A DNA stretch of 64,000 nucleotides from an uncultured delta proteobacterium (GCA_963778655.1 CAVZVA010000002.1:32001-96000), one strand, 5' to 3'. Positions 37,013 to 47,586 are shown, numbered from the stretch's first letter. The notes: generated from the letters alone by a model not told the origin. Translations and numbers: made by a program.

Positions 37013-39283
37013 TTGGCGACACTCGGTTCGGTGGCAGAGCAGGACGCGGCCGCGCAGCAAAGCGCAGAGCCGGGACCGCTGCGGCGCCTGCCCCGGGCGC
37101 TGCCGGCAAGCTCGGGTACCGAGGTTTCGGTGGTCGCGCCCTGTTACAACGAAGAAGCCAACGTTGAGGCGCTCACCGAGCGCACACTGCGCATGTTCGA
37201 CGATCACGGGCTGCGGGGCGAGCTGATCCTAGTCGACGATGCCAGCACCGATCGCACGGCCGCCGTCATCGATGCGCTCGCCGCCGAGCACCCGCGCGTC
37301 ATCGCCCTGCATCACGAGCGCAACCGCGGGATCGAGGGTGGATGGCGCTCGGGCTTCGAGCGCAGCCGCGGTAGTTACGTCTGCTTCATCGACGCGGACT
37401 TGCAGAACCTGCCCGAAGACATCTGGCGCCTGTACGAGGAGATCCGCTTCACCAGCGCGGACATGGTGCAGGGCTACCGCAGCACCATCGGCCGCTTGCG
37501 CGATGCGCGCTACACGCTCAGCAAGGGGCTCAACTTCTTGCTCAACACGATCTTCGGCATGCGCATGCACGACAGCAAGTCCGGCTTCGTGCTCGCCACG
37601 CGCGAAGCGGTCGAGGACGTGCTCGACCACCGGCTGCGCTACCGATATTTCCAGACCTTCATCACGATCGCCGCTCACGCCAAGAACTATTCCATCGGAC
37701 AGATCGAAACGCTGTTTCAGGATCGCAACGCCGGCAAGTCCTTCATCGGGCGCTTTCCGCTCAAGCTGCTGCTCGCGGTGCTGTGGGACATCGCCAAAGC
37801 GTTCGTCGAGTACCGCGTGTTCCGCCGCCGGCGCAGCGTGCTGGGTGAGTACGTCGCCGCCCATCCGCCTGAACAACAGGATCCGCCCCTGCGCGGTCCG
37901 CTGCGACGCATGCTCTACGCGCTGTTCTTCCTGAGCATGCCGCTGCACAAGTGGCTGATCACGCGCAACGCCCGCTGGCTGCTGGAGCGTCTCAAGCAGA
38001 GCCAATGGCTGTCTCCAGAGGCGCTGCGCGAGCTGCAGGAACGCCGGTTGCGGCGTCTGGTCCGTCACGCGTACCGCACGACGCCCTACTACCGCCGCGC
38101 GCTCGACGAGGCCGGCCTGCGGCCGGAGGACATCAACCACCTGGAGGATCTGCAGCGACTTCCGCTGCTGACCAAGGACGCGGTGCGCAAGCACCTGTAC
38201 TTCGACCTGTTCTCCAAGAGCCACCACAAGCCCGACATGCTGCGCGTCGCCACCAGCGGCTCGACCGGCGAGCCGTTCGTGGTCTATGTGGAGCGCCGGC
38301 AGCTGGAGATGCGCTGGGCGGCCACGATCCGCTCGATGGAATGGACGGGCTGGCGCTGGGGCGATCCCCAGGCGCGGCTGTGGCATCAGACGCTCGGCAT
38401 GAGCCTGAGCCAAACGCTGCGCGAGCGGCTCGACGCGTTCCTGATGCGGCGGCTATTCATTCCCGCCTACGAGCTGCGCAGCGACAACTTGCCCGGATTT
38501 CTGCGCAAGCTCGCGCGCAGGCGGCCGGTCCTGATCGACGGGTATGCGGAGAGCTTCAACTTCCTGGCGTACTTCGCCCAGCAACAGGGCATCGCCGACC
38601 TGCGCCCGCGCGCGATCATGTCCTCGGCCCAGACTCTGCCCGAGCAGGTGCGGCAGACCATCGAGCGCCAGTTCCAGACCGAGGTGTTCGACAAGTACGG
38701 CAGCCGAGAGTTTTCGGGCATCGCCTACGAGTGCGCGCGGCACAGCGGGCATCACGTCGTCGCCGAGAGCTACGTGGTCGAGCTGCTCAAGGACGGCAGG
38801 CCGGCGCAACCGGGCGAGATCGGCGAGGTCGTGATCACCGACCTCAACAATTACTGCATGCCGCTCATTCGCTACCGCATCGGCGATCTGGCGGTGGCCA
38901 TGGACAACACGGCGCCCTGCGCCTGTGGCCGCGGCCTGCCGCGGATCGGCAGGATCGAGGGCCGCGTGCAATCGATCGTGCTGTGCAAGAACGGCACCTG
39001 GTTGCCGGGTACCTTCTTCGCGCACTTCTTCAAAGACCACGAATTCGCAGTGCGCCAGTATCAGGTGGTGCAAGAAGAGGCTGGGCGTTTCGAGCTCAAG
39101 GTGGTCAAAGGGGCGCAGTTCAGCGACGAGCGGTTCCAGGAGATCCTGGGCGACCTGCGCCGCGTGGTGGGCGCAGACATGGAAGTCGACGTGCGCTTCG
39201 TGGACTCGATCCCGCTGGGGCGAACCGGCAAGCGCCAGGGCGTGGTGTCCAAGCTCGGGCTCGAGTTCCAGGCGCTGCGCTGA
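37013..39283 (+). CDS. Fusion of GT2 (DPM1-like) glycosyltransferase and CapK/phenylacetate-CoA ligase-like adenylating domain
   Basis: PCYNEE, VDDASTD and DADLQ in the N-terminal half; TSGSTGEP, YGSRE, PLIRYRIGD, IEGR and GK in the C-terminal half, all in one open frame. Confidence 0.9.
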   Translation: MATLGSVAEQDAAAQQSAEPGPLRRLPRALPASSGTEVSVVAPCYNEEANVEALTERTLRMFDDHGLRGELILVDDASTDRTAAVIDALAAEHPRVIALHHERNRGIEGGWRSGFERSRGSYVCFIDADLQNLPEDIWRLYEEIRFTSADMVQGYRSTIGRLRDARYTLSKGLNFLLNTIFGMRMHDSKSGFVLATREAVEDVLDHRLRYRYFQTFITIAAHAKNYSIGQIETLFQDRNAGKSFIGRFPLKLLLAVLWDIAKAFVEYRVFRRRRSVLGEYVAAHPPEQQDPPLRGPLRRMLYALFFLSMPLHKWLITRNARWLLERLKQSQWLSPEALRELQERRLRRLVRHAYRTTPYYRRALDEAGLRPEDINHLEDLQRLPLLTKDAVRKHLYFDLFSKSHHKPDMLRVATSGSTGEPFVVYVERRQLEMRWAATIRSMEWTGWRWGDPQARLWHQTLGMSLSQTLRERLDAFLMRRLFIPAYELRSDNLPGFLRKLARRRPVLIDGYAESFNFLAYFAQQQGIADLRPRAIMSSAQTLPEQVRQTIERQFQTEVFDKYGSREFSGIAYECARHSGHHVVAESYVVELLKDGRPAQPGEIGEVVITDLNNYCMPLIRYRIGDLAVAMDNTAPCACGRGLPRIGRIEGRVQSIVLCKNGTWLPGTFFAHFFKDHEFAVRQYQVVQEEAGRFELKVVKGAQFSDERFQEILGDLRRVVGADMEVDVRFVDSIPLGRTGKRQGVVSKLGLEFQALR

Positions 39284-39305
39284 CGCGGGGGTTGGGCCTC
39301 TGCCT

Positions 39306-40649
39306 CTATAGGAACGTCAGCAAGGCCCCGCCGAGGCTGAGACCGAGGCTGCGACCGTGGCTCGGGGTGTCGCCGTGGGGCTCGCGCCAGTCGATGAAGT
39401 TGACCTCGGCGAACAGCCGCGGCGAGCCCCAGCGCAGCCACAGGTCGTAGTACGAGCGCCCGAAGATCTTCGGATACACGAAGGCACCAGAGGTCAGGTT
39501 GCGGTTGCGCGCGAGAAAGTCGTGAAACACCAGCTCGAGACCCTGCGGCGCGCTCAACCGCCCGGCGACCACGCCCTGCCGCCGGTAGAGCAGCAGGTTG
39601 CCGCCGAGCAACAGGTTCAAGGAGAGGCGGCGGTCGAGCAGGCGAAATTGCTCGAGCCACAGGTACAGGCCCTGGTCGATGTAGCCGAAGCGGTCAAGCG
39701 CGGTAGCGTTGAAGTACACGATGCGGGCGGTGGGTGTGAACGCGTAGCCCGCGTAGAGCGTCAGCAGCGGCACCCCGGCCCGCAGGTCCACCCGCCCGTC
39801 GCGCAGCCAGTAGGCGTACGCGCCGAGCCCGACGCCGAGAAACCCCGCGTGCAGGCGCACCGGCAGGTGATACTCGAGGGTCAGGCGCTTGCCGCCTGCC
39901 TCCAAGTGCACGGCGCCGGGAGGGCTCGCCACGCGGCACGCGAACAGCGCGTCGCCGGCCGCGGTGGTCGGCACGCCCTCGATCTCGATCTGCGAGCCCA
40001 CGTGATCCCACAGCACGTACAGCTCGAGCGTGGGAGCGAGATGGCCCGCCAGGTCCGTCTGCACCAGCCGGCAGCCCACGTAGACGAACGAGTCGACCGG
40101 GGGCGCCCCGTTCCGCACGCGCAGTCCGAACCGCGAACAACTCGCGTCGAACATCACCCGCCCGCGCTGCGAGGCGCGCGGCGCAAAGCGCAGACGAAAG
40201 GTCGCGCTGTGCAGCGTCGCACCCTGCCGCAGCTCCACCTCAATCGGGTAGCCCGGGTGAGAAAGCAGCACGACCGGAAGCTCGCCGAGCACGCGGCCGC
40301 GCTGCTGGACCAGCGGGTGCGTGAAGCCCGCGTAGCGGACCACGCCCGAGTCGGCGCCAACGGCGCGCACGCGCAACACGGCTCGCGGCACCAACACGCG
40401 CGACACCCGGACCCAGCGCAGACTGTCGGGGTCGAGCGCGACCTCGACGGCGGCGTCGCCTCCGACGCGGTCCAGCACGAAGTCCGCGCTAGTGAAGTCC
40501 GCCGCATGAAACACAAACGGCCTCGGCTCTCCGAGCGCTGCAGTCACCAGCGAGCGCGGAAGCTCGGGCAGCTGGGCGCCAGCGGCGCCCGGCCAGAGGC
40601 ACGCGAGCAGCGCGAGCACGGAGGCCGCGAGAATGCCGGAGCGGGGCAC
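39306..40649 (-). CDS. Hypothetical secreted beta-rich protein (possible C-terminal barrel)
   Basis: Signal peptide (AGA-Q); aromatic alternating strands in the C-terminal half. Confidence 0.7.
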   Translation of the reverse strand: MPRSGILAASVLALLACLWPGAAGAQLPELPRSLVTAALGEPRPFVFHAADFTSADFVLDRVGGDAAVEVALDPDSLRWVRVSRVLVPRAVLRVRAVGADSGVVRYAGFTHPLVQQRGRVLGELPVVLLSHPGYPIEVELRQGATLHSATFRLRFAPRASQRGRVMFDASCSRFGLRVRNGAPPVDSFVYVGCRLVQTDLAGHLAPTLELYVLWDHVGSQIEIEGVPTTAAGDALFACRVASPPGAVHLEAGGKRLTLEYHLPVRLHAGFLGVGLGAYAYWLRDGRVDLRAGVPLLTLYAGYAFTPTARIVYFNATALDRFGYIDQGLYLWLEQFRLLDRRLSLNLLLGGNLLLYRRQGVVAGRLSAPQGLELVFHDFLARNRNLTSGAFVYPKIFGRSYYDLWLRWGSPRLFAEVNFIDWREPHGDTPSHGRSLGLSLGGALLTFL

Positions 40650-40791
40650 GTTGGCCCGGATTCTACACCGAGCCCGCGTTGGCTCGCCGAGTCATGCTGG
40701 GTCCGGAGCGATTGGCAGAGGGCGGGAATGACTGGCCGGCGGCCAAATCGCGCTTGCGCCGAGACCGCCAAATTCCGCTAAGCTGCGGGCC

Positions 40792-41673
40792 ATGACCGAC
40801 TACAGGCACATCCGCTACGCCGTCGCCGACGGCATCCTCACCATCACCCTGCATCGGCCCGACCAACTGAACGCGTTCACCTCGTTGATGGCGCAGGAGC
40901 TGATCGACGCCTTCGACCGCTCGGACGCCGACGACGAGATCAAGTGCGTGATCGTCACCGGGGAGGGGCGGGCATTCTGTGCCGGCGCCGATCTCCAACG
41001 CGGCGCGGAGACCTGGAGCGAGCACGAACGCAGGATGCAGGCCGACGAGACCGGCTCGCCCTACAAAGGCGATGGCGGCGGCCGCGTCACGCGTCGCATC
41101 TTCGACTCGCACAAGCCGGTGATCGCGGCCATCAATGGGCCGGCGGTCGGGGTCGGCGTCACCATGACGCTGGCGATGGACGTGCGCATGGCGGTCGCGG
41201 GGACGAAGCTGGGTTTCGTGTTCGCCGCGCGCGGAATCGTGCCCGAGGCGTGCTCCGCTTGGTTTCTGCCGCGCATCGTCGGGATCTCGACCGCGCTCGA
41301 GTGGTGCTACTCCGGACGCGTGTTTCGCTCCGAGGAGGGACTGGCGCGAGGCCTCTTGCGCAGCGTCCATACGCCGGAGGCGCTGATGCCCGCCGCGCGC
41401 GAGCTGGCTCGTGAGTTCGCGGACAACACATCGGCCGTGTCCAAGGCGCTCATACGGCACATGCTCTGGCGCATGCTGGGCGCGGAGCACCCGATCCGGG
41501 CACACGAGATCGACACCGCCGCGCTCGCGCAGACGGGCAAGTCCAACGACGCCCGCGAGGGCATCCGCGCTTTCCTCGAGAAGCGTCCCGCCCGCTTCAC
41601 CGACCGCGTCAGCGAGGACATGCCTGCCTGCTTCCCGTGGTGGGAACAGCCGGACTGGAAGCCGCTCGGCTGA
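40792..41673 (+). CDS. Enoyl-CoA hydratase/isomerase (crotonase) family protein
   Basis: TLHRPDQLNA, AFCAGADL, KPVIAAINGPAVGVG, EG+.AFLEKR. Confidence 0.95.
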   Translation: MTDYRHIRYAVADGILTITLHRPDQLNAFTSLMAQELIDAFDRSDADDEIKCVIVTGEGRAFCAGADLQRGAETWSEHERRMQADETGSPYKGDGGGRVTRRIFDSHKPVIAAINGPAVGVGVTMTLAMDVRMAVAGTKLGFVFAARGIVPEACSAWFLPRIVGISTALEWCYSGRVFRSEEGLARGLLRSVHTPEALMPAARELAREFADNTSAVSKALIRHMLWRMLGAEHPIRAHEIDTAALAQTGKSNDAREGIRAFLEKRPARFTDRVSEDMPACFPWWEQPDWKPLG

Positions 41674-42079
41674 CTGGGCCAGGGGGCCGGTCTTCGGACC
41701 GGCCCGCCGACGCTGCAGGGGAAGCTGTCGTTCTCGCTGTGCGCTTGCCGGGCGCCGGCAACACTGCGGGAGAGATCGAAACGCTGGTCTGCCGCAAGGG
41801 TGAGGCGTTGTTCAAGGTCGTCGCGGGCAAGCTGCGGGCGATCGAGGTCGTCATGGTCAACCTGCCTCACGGAGCATCGTCCGGCTGGGACGCAGGGCAG
41901 ACCCGCGACTCAACCCCCGAGGGGCGACCCGACCCCAGTTGAGAGCTCGAGCTGCGTCTTCGCGCTTTTCATGGGTCATCGCCGATCTCCTGTGCGTCCG
42001 AGAATCGGATGCGCTTGCCGCGGAGCTGTGCGCGCAGCACCTCGTTTCGAGCTGCTATCGACCCGGGTTCATGGCTTCG

Positions 42080-42764
42080 TCACAATCGGCCGTCGGGCCG
42101 GCAAGCCGAGTCGGCGTTCGCGCTGCGCACGGCGATCAACGACTTGGTGAGCGGTCCGATGACCTCGCGCAGGATCCGACCGTCGGGGAACAGCCTCGCC
42201 AGCTCGGCGTGCGAGAGCAGCCGGATCTGCTCCACGTCTGCGCGCGCGAGCACCGGATCGGGCTGGGCCTCGACCCAGCCCAGCCGAAAGTACTGGTGCA
42301 GCCGCGCGCGCACCCCGGTGGGCAGGTACTGGAACCCCGGAAACAGGTAGTGGGCCTCGAGCGGAAACCCGCGGCTCGGAGTCTGAACCAGGTACGCGTC
42401 CGCCAGGCGGCGAATCTCGTTCGCCACCTTCTGCTGGTCGAAGAAGGTGCCCACGTGCTCCAGCAGCGAATTAGAAAAGCACGCGTCGAAGCTGCGGTCG
42501 GCGAAGCACCGTAGAATCGCGCGCGTCGCCGACCACCTGCTCGAAGCCGTCGTCGTCGCTGTGATGCTCGAGGTTGAGCAGCGTCACGCGAAAGCTGCGG
42601 CGGCCGCGGTATTGGCGCCAGATCTCCGCGCTTCCGCCCAGGTCGAGGACGCGCACCGGATCGGGCACGTGCGCCACCAGCCGCTCAAACAGCGCCACCC
42701 GGCGCCGCCGCAAGCGCGAGGCCAGCGACTGCGGGTCGGTATTGTCGGCGAGCTTGAGCACCAT
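42080..42764 (-). pseudogene. SAM-dependent methyltransferase split by a frameshift near 42510
   Basis: VLDLGG...VTLLN...VVGDARD in one frame continues as FADRSFDACFSNSLLEHVG...VQTP..FPLEAH in another. Confidence 0.8.
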
Positions 42765-43073
42765 GTACCCGCAGGCTATCACCTCCGACCGCGTGATCCG
42801 TGCGTGGTTGCGCAGTGCACGAACGCCCACAGGCCGGTGCCAGAGAAAGGGATGGCGCGTGCTGAACCTCAACAAATCACGGGCAGGTTTGGACAGCTCG
42901 CACACAGCCCCTCACTCCAACCACCAACGGCGGCCTGCGCTGTTCGTTGGTGCTTCTCACCACGGGACTACGCGGGTTAGAATTGGACTCAGGGCCAGAG
43001 CGGCGGCCTGCCCATAGGTGCGCTTGGGCCTTCACGAAAACTCTTGGGACCGAGGTTGGGTGCCTTGACGCTC

Positions 43074-46000
43074 ATGAACGGTCGATATGTGTTGCACGGC
43101 GAGCTCGGCTCGGGAGGGATGGGTGTCGTCCATCGCGCCGAGGATCGCGCGAATCAACGCATGGTCGCGTTCAAGCAGCTGCACTCCACGGGAGCAGGCG
43201 CCAAGCGCCGAACCCTCGAGGCGTTGTTCGAGCGCGAGTATCACGCGTTGGTGCGACTCAAGCATGCCCGCATCGTCGAGGTCTTCGACTATGGCCACAC
43301 CGACCAGGGTCCGTACTACACGATGGAACTGCTGGACGGGAAAGACCTCCAGCAGCTCGCTCCGCTGCCGGTCCGCGAAGCCTGCCGCCATCTGCGGGAC
43401 GTCGCGTCGTCACTCGCACTCATCCATGCCCACCGCCTGGTGCATCGCGACATCAGCCCTCGCAACGTGCGACTGACCTCCGATGGTCGCGCAAAACTCA
43501 TCGACTTCGGCGCGCTCACCACTTTCGGCATCGCCGAAGAAGTCGTCGGCACGCCGTCCTGTATGGCCCCCGAAGCACTGCGCCGACTGGCGCTCGATCA
43601 GCGTACGGACCTGTTTGCGCTCGGCGTCACCGGGTATTGGGCGCTGACCGGACGGCATGCATTTCCGGCGCGCAGACCACGGGACCTACCCGGACTGTGG
43701 CACCGCGCACCGCCGGCGCCCTCCCAGATCGTCGAAGGTATCCCGCCCGCACTCGACGCGTTGATCATGTCCATGATCAGCGTTGAACCGCTTGCGCGAC
43801 CTGCGAACGCCGCTGCCGTTATCGACCAGCTCACCCTAATCGCTGGGCTCGATCCGGAAGAGCACGAGCAGACAGCCGAGAGCTATCTCTCGAGCGGGCG
43901 GATGGTCGGCCGCGAGCGCGAACGCGACTTGCTGCAAGGGCACCTCGCGCGCGCGCTTGAGGGCAAGATCACCGAGGTCGTGATCGAAGGCCCCTCCGGT
44001 ATCGGTAAGACCCGCTTGCTGCACGAGGCCAACCTGGAGGCGCAGCTCAAGGGCTTTGTCGCGTTGCGCGCCGACGCTCAGTCCATCCCCCAGGCCTTCG
44101 CGGTGGCGGCGAGCCTCGGGCTGCAGATGCTGAACGTGTGCCCCGAGGTCGCGCGACGCGCGGCAGGGCACCACGCACCGCTGCTCGCCCATCTGTCGCC
44201 CGAGCTCGCGAGCGAACTGCAGATCAACGAGCTCGCGGCATTGTCCGAGGACCCAGCCGAGCGGCGGGCTCGCTTTCAAACCGCTTTGCACGATTGGTTC
44301 TGTTCGGCTGCGAGTGAGCAGGCCTTGTTGATCGCCGTAGACAACGTGCAGGCGGCCGATGACAACTCCGCAGCTTTCCTCGCAGCACTCGGCCAAGAAG
44401 CGCGACGCGCACGGCTCCTGGTGCTGCTGACCAAGACGACGGGCGACGCCGTGGCGGCGCCGCCCCCCCTGCAAGCGATTCGCAAGCGCGCCCCTCGGCT
44501 AAAGCTCGCCGGCCTCGACGTCGCCGCCTGCGAGGAGCTGGTCAGCACTTTGTTCGGCAACGTCGAAAACACGGGCCGCCTGGCGAAGCTCCTGTGCGAC
44601 CGGAGCGGCGGAAACCCACAGCTGTGCATGGATCTCGTTCAGCTGGTGGTGAAGAAGAAGATCGCCAGGTACATCGGCGGCGGGTGGGTGCTGCCGCTCG
44701 AGCTCGCAGAGGACGAGCTGCCCTCGCGGGCGGAAGAGCTGCTGGCCGAGCGCCTCACAGCCCTGAGTCCCGACGCCCGCACGCTGTGCGAGGCGCTGAG
44801 CGTTCAGACCGGGCGCATCCCGATCGAACGCTGCATCGCGCTCGCCGAGAACATGAGCGACCAGGGTGCGTATCGCGCGCTCGACGAGCTCGTGACGGAC
44901 CAAATCCTCGTAATCGAGGGCACTCACTACGCGTTTCAGCAAGCGGCTTTGCGGCGGTCGGTGCTTGCGCAGATCGATCAAGATAGGCGGCGGCGCCTGC
45001 ACCAGCGCACCGCCCAAGCGTTGATCGAGGCGCCGGAGGCGGGCGTCGCTCAACGCATCGAAGCGGCCAGGCACCTACTGCACGCCGGCCAAGAGGTCGA
45101 AGGCGCCGACCTCATGGCGAGCGCCGCGCGCGACTTCCTGCTGCACCAAGGCGCACAGAGCGTCGGGGACGTCGTAGACGGGATGAACACCGCGCTTGCG
45201 CTCTACGAAAAGCAGAATCGGTCCAAGCACGAGATCGCGAGCCTCTTGTTCCCGATGGTCACGCTCGCGTTCTTCGCCGACTGGCGGCTTACGCTCAAAC
45301 ACGCCGAGCGCGCGGTCAACCTCGGCCTCGACATTACCGGTCTTCGTCTCGCTCAGCGCCTGAGCCGCTTTCTGCCGAGCAAGCTGGCTCTCGGCCTGGG
45401 CCTGGCGGTCGCCGCCGCACGCTTCGTGCCGCACCAGCTGCGCGGCCTGAAGTTCAACCTGGTCCAAACGATCGAGCTGTTTTGCAACCTGCTCGCGGCG
45501 TCGACCGGGACTTTGAGCATCGTGAACGACTTGCCCGCGCTGAAGCGCTTCGTGGAGCTGGTCAAGCCGCTGAGGCTGTTCGGCAAGGGACACATCGCGT
45601 CCATGATGTACGACTTCGCCGCCGCTCAGCAGTTGCTGACCTACGGGTGCGAGGGCGAAGGCGCCGATATACTCGAGGAGCTGCGACGTGACCTTCCTGC
45701 CCCCGCAATCAAGAAGGCATTGGGGGAGAGTTGGAAGCTGCTCTACGGGGGCGTGTTGTATTCGCTGGCGATCCAATATCCATTCGAATTTGGCACTCGT
45801 GCGCTCGAAACCGCCCGCGAAATGGAGGAGTTGGGGGTCGTCGTGTGGGCGATGGCTGCCGAAGAGATACGCATGCTCCACCATGCGTGCCGTGGCGAAT
45901 CCGAAGCGGTCGAGCACTGCCGCGAGCGCGTGGAGCTGTTCGCGCTGCAGGGCAACACCACGTGGCAGGCGGACATCTTCTGGCCGTATTTGCTTCTCGA

Positions 46001-47189
46001 CACCGAGATTCGCGCTGGCAACGCGATCGGCGTGCGCACGATCCGAGAGCAGCTGTCGCGCCGCGCAAAGGATCATCCGTCGCTGCAGTCGTTTGCCGAC
46101 ATCGCACACGCGTCATACCTGACCCTGCGCGGCGACCATGTTGTCGCGATCGCTGCGTTCGAGCGCATCATCGATCGCTGCAGAAGCATGGACCCGTCGC
46201 TTTCGTGGTCCACCTTTCGCGCATGCATTGCCTATGCCCACGCGCTGAACGCCATTGGCCAGCACGAGCGCGCCAAGAGCTATGTCACGGAAGCCCTCGA
46301 GCGCGCAGGCGCGGATGTGCCCCGACTCGTAGTCCACTATCTCGAGCCGCAGCGCCAACTGGCGCTCGCGGAGGCGGGTCTTGGCAACCACGCCGAGGCG
46401 GTGCGCATCCTCGACTCGCTCCTCGCCGAGCACGGCACCCAAGATCAACCCTTGCTGATCGGCCTGCTGCACAAGGCGCGCGCCGAGATCGCGCTGTCGA
46501 TGAGGGACTCGACCGCATTCGAGGCGCACTTCGCGGAAATGGATCGCTGCTTTCGCCTCTCACACAATCCGGCGTTGATCGCGCAGCTCGCACGCACGGC
46601 GAAGCTTGCGATCGATGCCGTGCAGAGCACGAGTGAGGTCGTGCAGCGACACGCGCTGGACGCACTCTCTGGCCTGTCCAGGAGGGTCCCCACGATGCGC
46701 TCCGACGTGGCCGACGCCGTACGCTCGCTGTACGACGTCACCATGCCATCGGACAGGGCAGCCATGGCACTGCGCTTGATCGTAAGGGAGCTCGGTGCGA
46801 AATCGGGGTTTCTGTACGTCCTCAAGCGCGACCAGGGCGAACGAATGGAGCTCGCGGCGGCAAGCTCGCATGTCGAGCCGCCGCGAGAGCTCGAGCGGGC
46901 ACTGCAAGATGCTGTCGAACTGGCCCAACGAAGCTTGCTGGATGACGAGCAGACCGCGACGCTGAGCGATTGGCCCGGTTCACCAACACGCCTCGACGGA
47001 GACGGAGCCGGCTCGCATCAGCTTTTCGTCCTGCGCGCGGGTGGAATCGAGGATCTCACGGTGGTGGGCGGACTCATCCTCGCGCTCGACCAGCCGGAAT
47101 ACTTGGTGGCCGAAACGAATCTGCTCCGGTCGATTGCCGACGCCCTGCGTGATTGTTCGACGCTCGCAAGTCTGAACGTGACCGAATAA
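43074..47189 (+). CDS. Ser/Thr protein kinase fused to STAND/AAA_16-like ATPase, TPR-like repeats and GAF-like domain (paralog of 13902-18056)
   Basis: GSGGMG, VAFK, HRDISPRN, DFG, APE; MVGRE; P-loop GPSGIGKT; LIAVDNVQ; GGNP. Confidence 0.9.
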   Translation: MNGRYVLHGELGSGGMGVVHRAEDRANQRMVAFKQLHSTGAGAKRRTLEALFEREYHALVRLKHARIVEVFDYGHTDQGPYYTMELLDGKDLQQLAPLPVREACRHLRDVASSLALIHAHRLVHRDISPRNVRLTSDGRAKLIDFGALTTFGIAEEVVGTPSCMAPEALRRLALDQRTDLFALGVTGYWALTGRHAFPARRPRDLPGLWHRAPPAPSQIVEGIPPALDALIMSMISVEPLARPANAAAVIDQLTLIAGLDPEEHEQTAESYLSSGRMVGRERERDLLQGHLARALEGKITEVVIEGPSGIGKTRLLHEANLEAQLKGFVALRADAQSIPQAFAVAASLGLQMLNVCPEVARRAAGHHAPLLAHLSPELASELQINELAALSEDPAERRARFQTALHDWFCSAASEQALLIAVDNVQAADDNSAAFLAALGQEARRARLLVLLTKTTGDAVAAPPPLQAIRKRAPRLKLAGLDVAACEELVSTLFGNVENTGRLAKLLCDRSGGNPQLCMDLVQLVVKKKIARYIGGGWVLPLELAEDELPSRAEELLAERLTALSPDARTLCEALSVQTGRIPIERCIALAENMSDQGAYRALDELVTDQILVIEGTHYAFQQAALRRSVLAQIDQDRRRRLHQRTAQALIEAPEAGVAQRIEAARHLLHAGQEVEGADLMASAARDFLLHQGAQSVGDVVDGMNTALALYEKQNRSKHEIASLLFPMVTLAFFADWRLTLKHAERAVNLGLDITGLRLAQRLSRFLPSKLALGLGLAVAAARFVPHQLRGLKFNLVQTIELFCNLLAASTGTLSIVNDLPALKRFVELVKPLRLFGKGHIASMMYDFAAAQQLLTYGCEGEGADILEELRRDLPAPAIKKALGESWKLLYGGVLYSLAIQYPFEFGTRALETAREMEELGVVVWAMAAEEIRMLHHACRGESEAVEHCRERVELFALQGNTTWQADIFWPYLLLDTEIRAGNAIGVRTIREQLSRRAKDHPSLQSFADIAHASYLTLRGDHVVAIAAFERIIDRCRSMDPSLSWSTFRACIAYAHALNAIGQHERAKSYVTEALERAGADVPRLVVHYLEPQRQLALAEAGLGNHAEAVRILDSLLAEHGTQDQPLLIGLLHKARAEIALSMRDSTAFEAHFAEMDRCFRLSHNPALIAQLARTAKLAIDAVQSTSEVVQRHALDALSGLSRRVPTMRSDVADAVRSLYDVTMPSDRAAMALRLIVRELGAKSGFLYVLKRDQGERMELAAASSHVEPPRELERALQDAVELAQRSLLDDEQTATLSDWPGSPTRLDGDGAGSHQLFVLRAGGIEDLTVVGGLILALDQPEYLVAETNLLRSIADALRDCSTLASLNVTE

Positions 47190-47219
47190 TCTCGCTGCCC
47201 CGTCCCGCTCGTGGCCCTG

Positions 47220-47299
47220 CCGGCAATCCGTCCCCGGCAATCCGTCCGTGATTGATTCGCCTGGCGATAGGTCTGGCCCAATCACGGATAGGTCTGGCC
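47220..47299. repeat. Cluster of short tandem and inverted repeats
   Basis: CCGGCAATCCGTCC x2 (47220-47247); TCCGTGATTG/CAATCACGGA inverted pair; GATAGGTCTGGCC x2 (47266, 47287). Confidence 0.8.
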
Positions 47300-47586
47300 G
47301 CGACCAGGCGCCAACAGCAACGTGTCACGCTTGCTGCGTAGGCAAGAGGGTATCTACGGCGCGCGCAACGTCCAGCGAGTTGGTGTTGGCCAGCGTCAGC
47401 GCTGCGCCGACCGTAATGTCCCCGCCGGTGCCGCCGTTGTCGCCATCGCCGCCCGAGACGGCAACGTCTCGACCACGCACTCCGCCGGCGCGTTCTTCAA
47501 CGCCGGCACGATCGACACTCCTTCTGTGACCATCAGCGGGTTGTCGCCGAGGAACGCCTGCGTATCGGGCGGCGTGAAGCTATTCC

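Noticed and set aside
47330..47560. Gly/Thr/Asn-rich peptide (SGGDGDNGGTGGDITVGAALTLANTN) like an adhesin fragment
   Set aside because: Plausible readings exist on both strands and it is too short to assign.
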